From Halorhodospira halophila SL1 (lineage in GTDB: Bacteria; Pseudomonadota; Gammaproteobacteria; Nitrococcales; Halorhodospiraceae), in NCBI RefSeq assembly GCF_000015585.1, contig NC_008789.1, positions 2,250,001 through 2,282,000 on the forward strand: a stretch of DNA of 32,000 nucleotides, in the 5' to 3' direction. Below the pieces are notes generated by a model. The model did no database searches and had not been told where the DNA came from. It was given only the letters and a program-made list of their open reading frames with translations. Below are positions 16,372-24,631 of the stretch, one piece after another. The number at the start of each line of letters is the position of its first letter. Within the stretch, counting starts at the first letter, position 1. Made by a program: the position numbers and the translations under genes.

Positions 16372-17853
16372 TTACGGCACCGACCACTGGTACACCTGCC
16401 CGGCGAACTCGAATTCGTAGGAGTCCTGATCGTTGTCTGTTGCTCGCCTGCGGACGGTACCACTGAAGGGCTGACCGGCCAGCTCGGTATTCAGGGACAG
16501 AGTGTAGTCGTCGAGCTGCTCCGCGGTGCCCGAGTAGGCGCCGTCATCACCGAGATCGACCTCCACGCGCAGGGTGTCGTCGTCTTCCTTTTTGATGGAG
16601 ACGTTACGGTCGTCGTCGTCGTCGTCGTCCTCAAGCGTGAACGGCGACTCCTGATTGAAGTCGAATTTGCCCCGTTTGCACTGACTGGCGTCCGGGCCGT
16701 TGCCGTTGTCGAAGTCGTGTTCTCCCAGCTTCTCCTGGTAACAGACCACATCCAGCGCCGCGGAGAAGTCGCCGTTGTCACCCACCGAATAATCCTCTTT
16801 TTCGGTGAGATGTTCGACGATGGAGTCGAAGTCAACCTCCGCATGATCCGGGACCCCGCTGTCGTCATCCGCACCCCGCAACACGCGGGTCGCCGCCTCG
16901 ATGGCTCGGGCCCGCGCGGCGACGTCGTCGACTTCGAACCCATTCTTGAAATCGCCGTCGTCGCCGAGGAGCGCCGTACCGAACAGCCCGTTATCACCGC
17001 CAATCAGGTCCTCCCACAGGGCCTTCAGGTGGTCGACGAGCTTATTTGGTAGGTCGTTCTCCGCATCCTTGCCGACGGCCGCCGCGGCGCGTTCCTCGGC
17101 CGTCTCGACCACCTGACGGATGAAATCCTCCAGACCGGTTTCCGAGGGGCCGCGCCGATCATCCACCCAGTGCTCCGCCAGCGCCGGATAGACGTAGTGG
17201 CCGGCATCCGCCGGGACCCCGTCACCGTCGAGATCGGCGTATCGATCTTCCAGCCAGGCCGCGACCACCTCGACGAGTTTCTGCGCCTGATAGCCGGTAC
17301 GGATCAGATGCAGGCGGCCGGCGTCCGAGTAGTCCCCATCGCCGAAATCGAGGTAATCACCCGTCAGGTGGCGCATCTGCAGATCCAGATCGCCCTCGCG
17401 GTTCTCGGCGTTGAGGAATCCGGTGCGCTGATCGTCGCTGAGATCGGTCAGCAGGGCGGTGATCGGCGTAATGGTGGCCCCGCCGCCGTGATCGGCGTCA
17501 CGGCTCAGGGTCACGGGCACCCGCAGGCCGTGGAACTGGTCCCGGCCGTCGGCCACCCGGAGCACCACCCGCTCGAGGCCCTCCACCTGGGCCTCCAGCG
17601 AGAACTCGCCGGCGGTGTCTGAACCGTTGCCGGTGCGCACACTCGGGTCGAAACTGCCGCGCCATCCGGTCTCGCTGCGGTCGAGGTAGACCCGCCCCCC
17701 GGCAATCGGGCCGTCCACGGCGCGACCGGTGAAGGTCTCGGTGCTGGAACCGGTATCCTGATCGCTGCTGCTGTCGAACAGCTCGCAACCACCGAGCACC
17801 GCCGCGGCGGCCGTCCCAAGAAACAGGGTCCGGCACACCTTAGAACGAGACAT
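16372..17853 (-). CDS. Highly acidic lipoprotein of unknown function (poly-Asp tract)
   Basis: Start set at ATG 17853 (MSRSKVCRTLFLGTAAAAVLGGC lipobox); it overlaps the upstream gene's end by 14 nt. N-terminal TGRAVDGPIAGGRVYLD is a carboxypeptidase-regulatory/Ig-like strand motif. One DLDGDGVPAD Ca-binding-like motif. A run of 7 Asp. High GC3. Confidence 0.7.
   Translation of the reverse strand: MSRSKVCRTLFLGTAAAAVLGGCELFDSSSDQDTGSSTETFTGRAVDGPIAGGRVYLDRSETGWRGSFDPSVRTGNGSDTAGEFSLEAQVEGLERVVLRVADGRDQFHGLRVPVTLSRDADHGGGATITPITALLTDLSDDQRTGFLNAENREGDLDLQMRHLTGDYLDFGDGDYSDAGRLHLIRTGYQAQKLVEVVAAWLEDRYADLDGDGVPADAGHYVYPALAEHWVDDRRGPSETGLEDFIRQVVETAEERAAAAVGKDAENDLPNKLVDHLKALWEDLIGGDNGLFGTALLGDDGDFKNGFEVDDVAARARAIEAATRVLRGADDDSGVPDHAEVDFDSIVEHLTEKEDYSVGDNGDFSAALDVVCYQEKLGEHDFDNGNGPDASQCKRGKFDFNQESPFTLEDDDDDDDRNVSIKKEDDDTLRVEVDLGDDGAYSGTAEQLDDYTLSLNTELAGQPFSGTVRRRATDNDQDSYEFEFAGQVYQWSVP
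16609..16629 (-). repeat. Perfect (GTC)7 trinucleotide repeat, equal to (GAC)7 encoding Asp7 on the coding strand
   Basis: gtcgtcgtcgtcgtcgtcgtc read directly. It corresponds to LEDDDDDDDRN in the 16372..17853 lipoprotein. Confidence 0.95.
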
Positions 17854-19162
17854 CGAGACCGAGGTTAAGCATCGCGGAACGCGGGTAGTCTTCATCGTCG
17901 TACTCCACCCCGTCCAGGCTGTAGGCGAGATCCAGCTCCAGGGTGCGGAACAGGGTCAGCCCCGTTGTGACGTAACGCAGTTCACTGCCGGCGAGGTTCT
18001 CACGGTAACCGAAGCGCCACTCGGGCATGAGGCGCAGCGCCGGGGCCGCCGATACACTGACCGCCGCCCACTGCACCTCATCACCCACCGGGTCGCGCAC
18101 GTCACTGAGATCCAGGGATCCGGCCAGGACCCAGGTCCGATCCTCATTGTAGGCCGCGGCCTCGAGGGTCATCTGCGGGTCGAGGGTCCAGGTCTCGCTC
18201 AGGTCGATCCGGCCGGCGAAATCCTGGGCGGCCTCGCAGCGTGTCTGCGCCTCGCCGTCGAGACGGTCGCAGCCCTCCCCCACCGCCGGGTAGTCCAGGC
18301 GGGGCTTGTTGAGGTTCCGTGCCGTCGCGCCCAGCTGGTAGCGGTCGGCCTCCCAGACCACACCCGCATTGGCGCCAATAGCGGTATCCCGTTCCTGATT
18401 CGCGTCGTACTCGTCGCTGAGGGTGTCACCGACGTCCTCGGTGTCCTGCAGCGGTACGACAATCTTCGACAGATCACTCTGGTAGTGCGTCAGGGACGCC
18501 CCAGCGTGCAACCGCCCACCCCCGGCGGACCAGACCGGCTGTCCGTAACCCAGTGTCAGCTCCCGCAACACCGCCCCCTTCACGTAGAGCGAGGTATTGG
18601 TCGACAACTCCGCCGTTTCATCTTCAATGTCCGCCGTCAGCGGGGCATCGAGGATACCCAGCCGCGACTGGCCACTGTAGCGCACACTCAGGGACAGCCC
18701 ACCCTCGCCCCAGGGCAGTGCCATACGAACGGGGGCTGCGGCGTGGCCGGTGGCCTTGACGTAGCCATCCCGGCCGGCGTCTTCGAGGAAGGCCTGGAGC
18801 CGCTCGACCTCCTCCTCGACGGCTGCCTGGAAATCCGCAGAATCCTCGAAATCCCCGGGACTGAGACCGTCGTCGAGGCGATCCTGCAGGTCATCGAGTT
18901 CGTCGATGAGCTGATCCACCGGCCCCAGCTCCGCTGCCAGACCTGCGTGGATGCCGGCCTGAAACCGCTGGCGCTGCAGCCCCAGGGCCGCCGGATTCCC
19001 CCCGGCGCCCGCATGATGGGGGTGGCTCACACTGCCCAGCGTCAGGGCCGAGCCGGCGCTCATGCCCACCGGCGTCGCCAGCGCCAGGGGCGCGGCAGCC
19101 GAGGCCGACCCGGCCACAACCAGAGCCATCAGGCGGCGGGATGCGCTTGGCAGGATCACCAT
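17840..19162 (-). CDS. Outer-membrane beta-barrel protein, TraF_2-like family (unknown function)
   Basis: Start set at ATG 19162 (MVILPSASRRLMALVVAGSASAAAPLALA signal peptide), 4 nt after the upstream stop. The N-terminal motif GMSAGSA...GGNPAALG resembles the GMGGAG...NPA motif of TraF_2/FadL-like OMPs (from memory). C-terminal ...LNLGLDVSF has a terminal Phe. Confidence 0.65.
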   Translation of the reverse strand: MVILPSASRRLMALVVAGSASAAAPLALATPVGMSAGSALTLGSVSHPHHAGAGGNPAALGLQRQRFQAGIHAGLAAELGPVDQLIDELDDLQDRLDDGLSPGDFEDSADFQAAVEEEVERLQAFLEDAGRDGYVKATGHAAAPVRMALPWGEGGLSLSVRYSGQSRLGILDAPLTADIEDETAELSTNTSLYVKGAVLRELTLGYGQPVWSAGGGRLHAGASLTHYQSDLSKIVVPLQDTEDVGDTLSDEYDANQERDTAIGANAGVVWEADRYQLGATARNLNKPRLDYPAVGEGCDRLDGEAQTRCEAAQDFAGRIDLSETWTLDPQMTLEAAAYNEDRTWVLAGSLDLSDVRDPVGDEVQWAAVSVSAAPALRLMPEWRFGYRENLAGSELRYVTTGLTLFRTLELDLAYSLDGVEYDDEDYPRSAMLNLGLDVSF

Positions 19163-19166
19163 GGCG

Positions 19167-20441
19167 TTACTCCCCATCGCTGCCGAAGTCGGCGCCAACA
19201 ATCAAGCGCACGTCGGCCCCGGGCCCGATCGGCGGATCGGCCCGGTACACCTCCTGGACACCCGGCAGTGCCTCACCGAGTTCCACCGCGGCCTCTTCGT
19301 AGGCCTCGCGGTACTGGACGACGCTGGCGTCGCGCATCGATGCCTCCGGACGCTCCATGCGCCGGACCACGTGGTGCCCAAGGCGCTCCAGGCGGGCCAC
19401 TGCCTCACTGGCGTGCTGGCGTTCACCGGAGCGGTTCACTACCTCGACCTCCAGGGTTCCGGCGCGGCGCTTGACCAGGTCGATCACCTCGCCGTGCTCG
19501 GAGAGCCGTCCCGCCTGCCGGGCCTGACGCTGGGCGATCCCCGTCTGCTCCTGGGTCATCCGCTCGTGGCGATCCTCTAGCTCGGCCAGGCGCGCCTGCA
19601 GCTCACGGCGCGGCGCCGGGGCCTGCGGCCGATGGGTCAATGAGAGCTGTACTGTGGACTCCGGCTCGACGCCACGGTCGGCCAGCTCGCGCCCTGCAGC
19701 GGCGCGCAGGGTGGTGTTCGCGGTCGGTCGATAACTGAGACCGGGACGGATCACGAAGGCGAATTGGTTCTGCACCTCTTCGCCACTGAGGCCGATCACG
19801 GTGCGCACATCGGCACCGACGCCCCAGCCTGCGCCTAAGGGGTATTCGATGCGATTGGCGTAATGCAGGCGGTTGACGGCCTCGTAGCCGGGGCCATCGC
19901 GCAGGGCCGCGTCGCCCCGCTCCAGGCCGAGGTAGCCGTCCAGCCGGATGCCCCGTTCACCCAGTCGGTCACTCAGGTGAACGGCCACGCCCAGCCCATC
20001 GCTGCCACTGCCGAGGGGTGGATCCGCCGGGAGCAACCGACCGTGGACCGCCAGGGTCACGTCGGGGCCTGCGTCACCCTCACGCAGCGGCAGGCCGAGT
20101 TCCAGCTCCACACCGTGCAGATCGCGCCGATCATCCTCCTGCTGGACAGGGAGCCCCACGCGAAGATCGTAACCCGCGGCAAGCCCGAAGCGGGCTGACG
20201 GCGACAGACGCAGAACGTCGTCCCGCGACTCCGCGTCGTTGCCAGGCGGCTCTGCCCAGCTGAACCGCTCGACCCCGAAGCGGTGCTCGGTGGCGCCGTC
20301 CTCCAGCACTCCGCCACTCCGATACTCCAAAGCGGCCGTCGCCACCGGCAACGCCAGCAAGACCCCGACCAGACCGGCCTGCCAGCCCACTCGGCGTGGC
20401 TCTCGTTCCCATCCTTCCATCGATACCGACAGTCCCAGCAT
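19167..20441 (-). CDS. Envelope protein: N-terminal beta-rich domain + coiled coil + C-terminal LytR_C-like domain
   Basis: 424 aa. Hydrophobic signal/anchor GLVGVLLALPVATAALE. About 240 aa of alternating beta pattern. Coiled-coil segment RRELQARLAELEDRHERMTQEQTGIAQRQARQ. The C-terminus LEVEVVNRSGERQHASEAVARLERLGHHVV...SVVQYREAYEEAAVELGEAL...ADVRLIVGADF fits the LytR_C (PF13399) pattern. Confidence 0.65.
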   Translation of the reverse strand: MLGLSVSMEGWEREPRRVGWQAGLVGVLLALPVATAALEYRSGGVLEDGATEHRFGVERFSWAEPPGNDAESRDDVLRLSPSARFGLAAGYDLRVGLPVQQEDDRRDLHGVELELGLPLREGDAGPDVTLAVHGRLLPADPPLGSGSDGLGVAVHLSDRLGERGIRLDGYLGLERGDAALRDGPGYEAVNRLHYANRIEYPLGAGWGVGADVRTVIGLSGEEVQNQFAFVIRPGLSYRPTANTTLRAAAGRELADRGVEPESTVQLSLTHRPQAPAPRRELQARLAELEDRHERMTQEQTGIAQRQARQAGRLSEHGEVIDLVKRRAGTLEVEVVNRSGERQHASEAVARLERLGHHVVRRMERPEASMRDASVVQYREAYEEAAVELGEALPGVQEVYRADPPIGPGADVRLIVGADFGSDGE

Positions 20442-20558
20442 CCATCCTTTCCCGGCTTAGCGGCCGGCCTGGCAGATTATTGAGCCGCGGGGCCGATGAG
20501 CCGTCGTGATCCACGTCGCCGGGGCTCACCGCGGCGTCGATGTTCAGCACGCGGCCGG

Positions 20559-23066
20559 TCAGGACTCGCCGCCGCGCAGCAGCTCCATGGGGCTGACGCG
20601 CCAGTCCCGGCGCGCCCCCAGCCAGCCCGCGCCGGCCACCGTCACCGCGCCCAGGACGGTGCCCAGCACCACCACGCCCCAGGGGAAGGCGTAGGTCAGG
20701 TCGAACAGGTGCCGGGCCGCCAGGTAGCCGCCGGAGGCGGCGGCGATGCCGGCCAGCAGTCCGGCCAGGGCCCCGGAGGCGGCCAGCTCGGCCACGGCGA
20801 TGGCCTCCAGCCGTCGCCGCGAGGCGCCCAGGGCGCGCAGCAGCGAGGCCTCGAAACGCCGCTCGGCCGCCGCCGTGCGCAGGGCGGCGAGCAGCACCAC
20901 CACCCCGGCCACCAGGGTCAGGGCGGCCATCAGCTCCACCACCCGCGCCCCCTGGCCGATGATCCGTCGGGCGGTATCGAGGATGGCGCCGACATCCAGC
21001 GGGGTCGCACCGGGGAAGCGCTCGTTGAGCTCCGGCAGCACCCGCTCGGCGGCGTCCCCCAGGCGGAAGCTGGTGATGTACTCGGGGTGGGCGTCGACCA
21101 TCCCCGGTGCGGCGATGACGAAGAAGTTGGGGTTGAAGCTGTCCCAGCGCAGTTCCCGCAGCGAGGTCACCGTGCCGCTGACCGGCTCGCCGTCGATGAC
21201 GAAGGTGATCTCGTCGCCCACGTCGATACCGACGCGCTCGGCGTAGCCGGCCTCCACCGACCATTCGTCACCCGGCTCGTCGCCCCACCACTCGCCGGCG
21301 ACCACGCGGTTGTCCTCGGGCAGGGTCTCAGCCCAGGTCAGGTTCAGGTCGCGATCGACCATGCGCTGGGTGCGCGGCGAATCGAAGTCGTCGGGCCGGA
21401 TGCGCGCCTCGTTGATGGCGTCGAGCCGGCCGCGGGTGATGGCGTAGAGGGTCACCTCGGTATCCAGTTCCTCGGCGAGGAAGGCCTGCAGCGGCTCCAC
21501 CTCCTCCGGGGCCACATCGATGAGGAAGGTATCCGGGGCGTCGTCCGGGATCCCGGCCTGCCAGGTATCCAGCAGGTCCTCGCGGACCGCCGAGAGGAGC
21601 AGCAGCGCCATCAGGCCCAGTCCCACGGCCACCACCTGCACCACGGTGGCCCCCGGGCGGCGGCTCGGGCCGGTGAGCCAGAGCAGCCGCGAGCCGCTGC
21701 GCGCACGCAGCCAGCCGGCCAGGCGCACGGCGGCGTAAGCCGCCGCCGCCAGCGCGGCCAGGGTGGCGGCGGTGGCCCCGAGGACCACACCGGCCAGGGT
21801 CAGATCGCCGGCGCGCCAGACCATCAGTGCCGCGATCACCGCCGCCGCCACCGCATAGGCGCCGCCGGAGCGGACCACACCCGCCCCGGCGGTGCGCCGC
21901 AGCACCCGCATCGGCGGGACGTGGCGCAGCCGCGCCACCGTCGGCAGCGCGAACCCGGCGGCGGCCGCCACGCCGAGGCCGATCCCGTAGAGGGCCGGCA
22001 GCGGCCCCGGGGCCGGCAGGTTGGGCGGCAAGACGTCGGCGAGCAGGGCGATCATGACCGCGTGCAGGGCGAAGCCGATGGCCGCACCGAGGACCCCGGC
22101 GGCCAGCGCCACGGCACCCAGGACCGCCGTCTGGATGGCCACCACCCGACCCTGCCGGGCCCCAAGCACGCGCATCACCGCCACCCGATCGAGCTGGGCC
22201 ACGGCGTAGTGGCGGGCGGTGAGCAGCACGGCGGCAGCGGCCACCACCACGGTGATCAGCGCCGCCAGCCCGAGGAACCGCTCCGCCTGGCCGACGATCT
22301 CCTGGATGGCCGGCTGGGCTTCGGTCCCGGTGAGGACCTCGGCCTCCGGCCCATCGGCATCGCGCAGCCACTCGGCGAAGGCGTCCAGCTCGTCCTCGGG
22401 ACCGGCCAGGAGCAGGGCGTGACGGACCCGTGCGCCCTCCCCCACCAGCCCGGTGCCGGCGATGTCCTCCCACGCCAACAGCACCCGCGGCGCCACCGTG
22501 CCGAACATGCCGGCCCGGTCGGGCTCGGCGGTGACCAAGCGCTCCATGGGCAGCTGCATGTCGCCGATTTCCAGCGCTCCGCCGAGCTCGGCACCGAGCA
22601 GATCGAGCAACCGCGGCTCGACCCAGACGGCACCCGGCCCCGGCCGTTGTTCCGCCACCCGGTCGTCGGCGTCCCGGGCGTCGGCAGTTCGCAGCTCGCC
22701 GCGCAGCGGGTAGCCGGACTCCACCGCCTTGACCGAGACCAGCCGGGTCCGGCCATCGGCGGCGACCACGGTGGGGAACTCCACCGTGCGCGCCGCCTGC
22801 AGGCCCCGCTCCCGCGCCGCATCGAGCCAGTCGTCGGGGGCGGCCTCGTCGGTGCGCACCAGCCGATCGGCGGCGATCAACTCCGCCGCCCGTTCCGTGG
22901 TGGCCGCCCCCACCCGGTCGCCCAGCCAGCCCACTGCGGTCACCGCGGCCACGGCCACCACCAGCGCCGCGGCGAGGATGCCCAGCCGGCCGGCGGCCAG
23001 ATCGCGGCGCAGGAAGCGCGCAGCCAGGCGGAGCGTGGTGCCGGTGGCGGAGATCGGTGCGCTCAT
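20559..23066 (-). CDS. ybbP: ABC transporter permease, FtsX-like double domain (YbbP type)
   Basis: Start set at ATG 23066 (MSAPISATG...), overlapping the ATPase stop as ATGA. 835 aa with two FtsX-type 4-TM modules separated by large periplasmic regions. Synteny with ybbA and divergent tesA matches E. coli. Confidence 0.85.
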   Translation of the reverse strand: MSAPISATGTTLRLAARFLRRDLAAGRLGILAAALVVAVAAVTAVGWLGDRVGAATTERAAELIAADRLVRTDEAAPDDWLDAARERGLQAARTVEFPTVVAADGRTRLVSVKAVESGYPLRGELRTADARDADDRVAEQRPGPGAVWVEPRLLDLLGAELGGALEIGDMQLPMERLVTAEPDRAGMFGTVAPRVLLAWEDIAGTGLVGEGARVRHALLLAGPEDELDAFAEWLRDADGPEAEVLTGTEAQPAIQEIVGQAERFLGLAALITVVVAAAAVLLTARHYAVAQLDRVAVMRVLGARQGRVVAIQTAVLGAVALAAGVLGAAIGFALHAVMIALLADVLPPNLPAPGPLPALYGIGLGVAAAAGFALPTVARLRHVPPMRVLRRTAGAGVVRSGGAYAVAAAVIAALMVWRAGDLTLAGVVLGATAATLAALAAAAYAAVRLAGWLRARSGSRLLWLTGPSRRPGATVVQVVAVGLGLMALLLLSAVREDLLDTWQAGIPDDAPDTFLIDVAPEEVEPLQAFLAEELDTEVTLYAITRGRLDAINEARIRPDDFDSPRTQRMVDRDLNLTWAETLPEDNRVVAGEWWGDEPGDEWSVEAGYAERVGIDVGDEITFVIDGEPVSGTVTSLRELRWDSFNPNFFVIAAPGMVDAHPEYITSFRLGDAAERVLPELNERFPGATPLDVGAILDTARRIIGQGARVVELMAALTLVAGVVVLLAALRTAAAERRFEASLLRALGASRRRLEAIAVAELAASGALAGLLAGIAAASGGYLAARHLFDLTYAFPWGVVVLGTVLGAVTVAGAGWLGARRDWRVSPMELLRGGES

Positions 23067-23773
23067 TGCGACAGCACCCCCTCGCGGAAGCGGTAGACGG
23101 TATCGCACCGCTCGGCCACCGAGGGGTCGTGGGTCACTAGCACCAGGGTGGTGTTGTGCTCGCGGTTGAGGGCGAAGAGCAGATCGACGACCTGGGCGCC
23201 GGTGGCGTCGTCCAGGTTACCGGTGGGTTCGTCGGCCATCAGCAGCCGCGGCTCGGTCACGAAGGCACGGGCGATGGCCACGCGCTGCTGTTCGCCGCCG
23301 GAGAGCCGTTCAGGGGTGTGGTGGAGGCGGTGCCCCAGCCCGACACGCTGCAGGGCGGCGGCGGCGGCCTCGCCATCGCCACCGTAACCGGAGAGCTCCA
23401 GGGCCAGGCGCACGTTCTCCAGCGCCGAGAGCCCGCCGAGCAGGTGGAAGGCCTGGAAGACGAAACCGATGCGTCCGGCCCGCGCCGCGGCGCGTCCGTC
23501 CTCATCGAGGGCGGTCAGATTGGCCCCGGCCACCCAGACCTGGCCGCTGGTGGGCTGCTCCAGGCCGGCGAGCAGCCCCAGCAGGGTCGACTTGCCGGAG
23601 CCGGAGGCCCCGAGGATGGCGACGCTCTCGCCGGGGCGGATGGTAAGATTCAGGTGATCGAACAGGGCGACCTCACCGTCCGGGCCGCGGAAACGCATCC
23701 CCAGGTCGCGGGCCTCCAGGGCCGGGTGGGCGGTTTCCGCCGGGGCGCGGGCGTCGGCTTCTTCCTTCAGCAT
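23063..23773 (-). CDS. ybbA: ABC transporter ATP-binding protein (YbbA type)
   Basis: Walker A GASGSGKST, Q-loop FVFQAFHLL, signature LSGGEQQRVAIARA, Walker B LLMADEPTGNLD, H-loop VTHD. Aligns well with E. coli YbbA. Confidence 0.92.
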   Translation of the reverse strand: MLKEEADARAPAETAHPALEARDLGMRFRGPDGEVALFDHLNLTIRPGESVAILGASGSGKSTLLGLLAGLEQPTSGQVWVAGANLTALDEDGRAAARAGRIGFVFQAFHLLGGLSALENVRLALELSGYGGDGEAAAAALQRVGLGHRLHHTPERLSGGEQQRVAIARAFVTEPRLLMADEPTGNLDDATGAQVVDLLFALNREHNTTLVLVTHDPSVAERCDTVYRFREGVLSQ

Positions 23774-23788
23774 CGGGTGTACGCTCCT

Positions 23789-24442
23789 ATGGCTGGTTCC
23801 AGCTGCTTCTCGCTCTCCCTGCGCCGGGCGCTCTGCGCCGCGGCACTGGCCCTGCTCTTGGGGCCGTCGGCGGCCACCGCCGAGCGGCCGACCATCCTCA
23901 TCTTCGGCGACTCACTCTCCACCGCCTACGGGTTCGACCGCGACGAGGCCTGGCCCGTTCTCCTCGAGGCACGCCTGGACGAGGCCGACCGGCCCCACCG
24001 GGTGGCCAACGTCAGCCGCAGCGGCGAGACCACCAGCGGCGGGACACGGCGTCTGCCCGACGCCCTGGAGGAGCACGAGCCGGAGATCGTCCTCCTCCAG
24101 CTCGGCGGCAACGACGGCCTGCGCGGGCAGCCACCGGAGCGGATCCGGAGCAATCTGCAGCAGATGATCGAGCAGGCGCGCGCGGTCGACAGCCGGGTGC
24201 TGCTCATCGGCATCCGCATCCCCCCCAACTACGGGCGAACCTACACCGAGCAGTTCGCGGCCATCTACCCCGAGCTGGCCGACGAGCAAGACGTGCCGGT
24301 GATCCCCTTCCTGCTCGAGGGGGTCTGGGACCGGGACGGGATGATGCAGGACGACGGCGTCCACCCCACGGCCAAGGCGCAGCCGGAGATCGCCGAGACG
24401 GTCTGGGAGACCCTGCGCGAGATGCTCGACGGACCCTCCTGA
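23789..24442 (+). CDS. tesA: SGNH/GDSL arylesterase / acyl-CoA thioesterase I
   Basis: The track ORF is over-extended. In-frame ATG 23789 gives 217 aa with a signal peptide and then ILIFGDSLSTAYG (GDSL block I), GETTSGG (block II), LGGNDGLRG (block III) and DGVHPT (block V). Divergent to ybbA-ybbP, as in E. coli. Confidence 0.9.
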   Translation: MAGSSCFSLSLRRALCAAALALLLGPSAATAERPTILIFGDSLSTAYGFDRDEAWPVLLEARLDEADRPHRVANVSRSGETTSGGTRRLPDALEEHEPEIVLLQLGGNDGLRGQPPERIRSNLQQMIEQARAVDSRVLLIGIRIPPNYGRTYTEQFAAIYPELADEQDVPVIPFLLEGVWDRDGMMQDDGVHPTAKAQPEIAETVWETLREMLDGPS

Positions 24443-24479
24443 CGGCCGGTCCGACACCCTTCGAGCACACGGCCATGGT

Positions 24480-24611
24480 GGTTCGTCCTACGGGGGGCAG
24501 CGGCGGGTCTGCGAAGGGACGCCACAAGTCCATCCCTAGAGGCTCCACGCTCGCCATCCCTGGCGAGCGAGGCCCTTGGCAGACCCGCCGCTGCCCCCCG
24601 TAGGACGAACC
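24480..24611. repeat. Large palindromic (REP/MITE-like) element; probable bidirectional terminator between convergent tesA and rdgC
   Basis: Perfect 32-nt inverted arms: gttcgtcctacggggggcagcggcgggtctgc (24481-24512) and gcagacccgccgctgccccccgtaggacgaac (24579-24610). They extend by one G-C pair outward (24480/24611) and by aaggg/ccctt inward. There is a nested 9-bp hairpin, cgctcgcca-tccc-tggcgagcg (24548-24569). Confidence 0.85.
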
Positions 24612-24631
24612 CGACCCGGCCTGGGCGGCCG

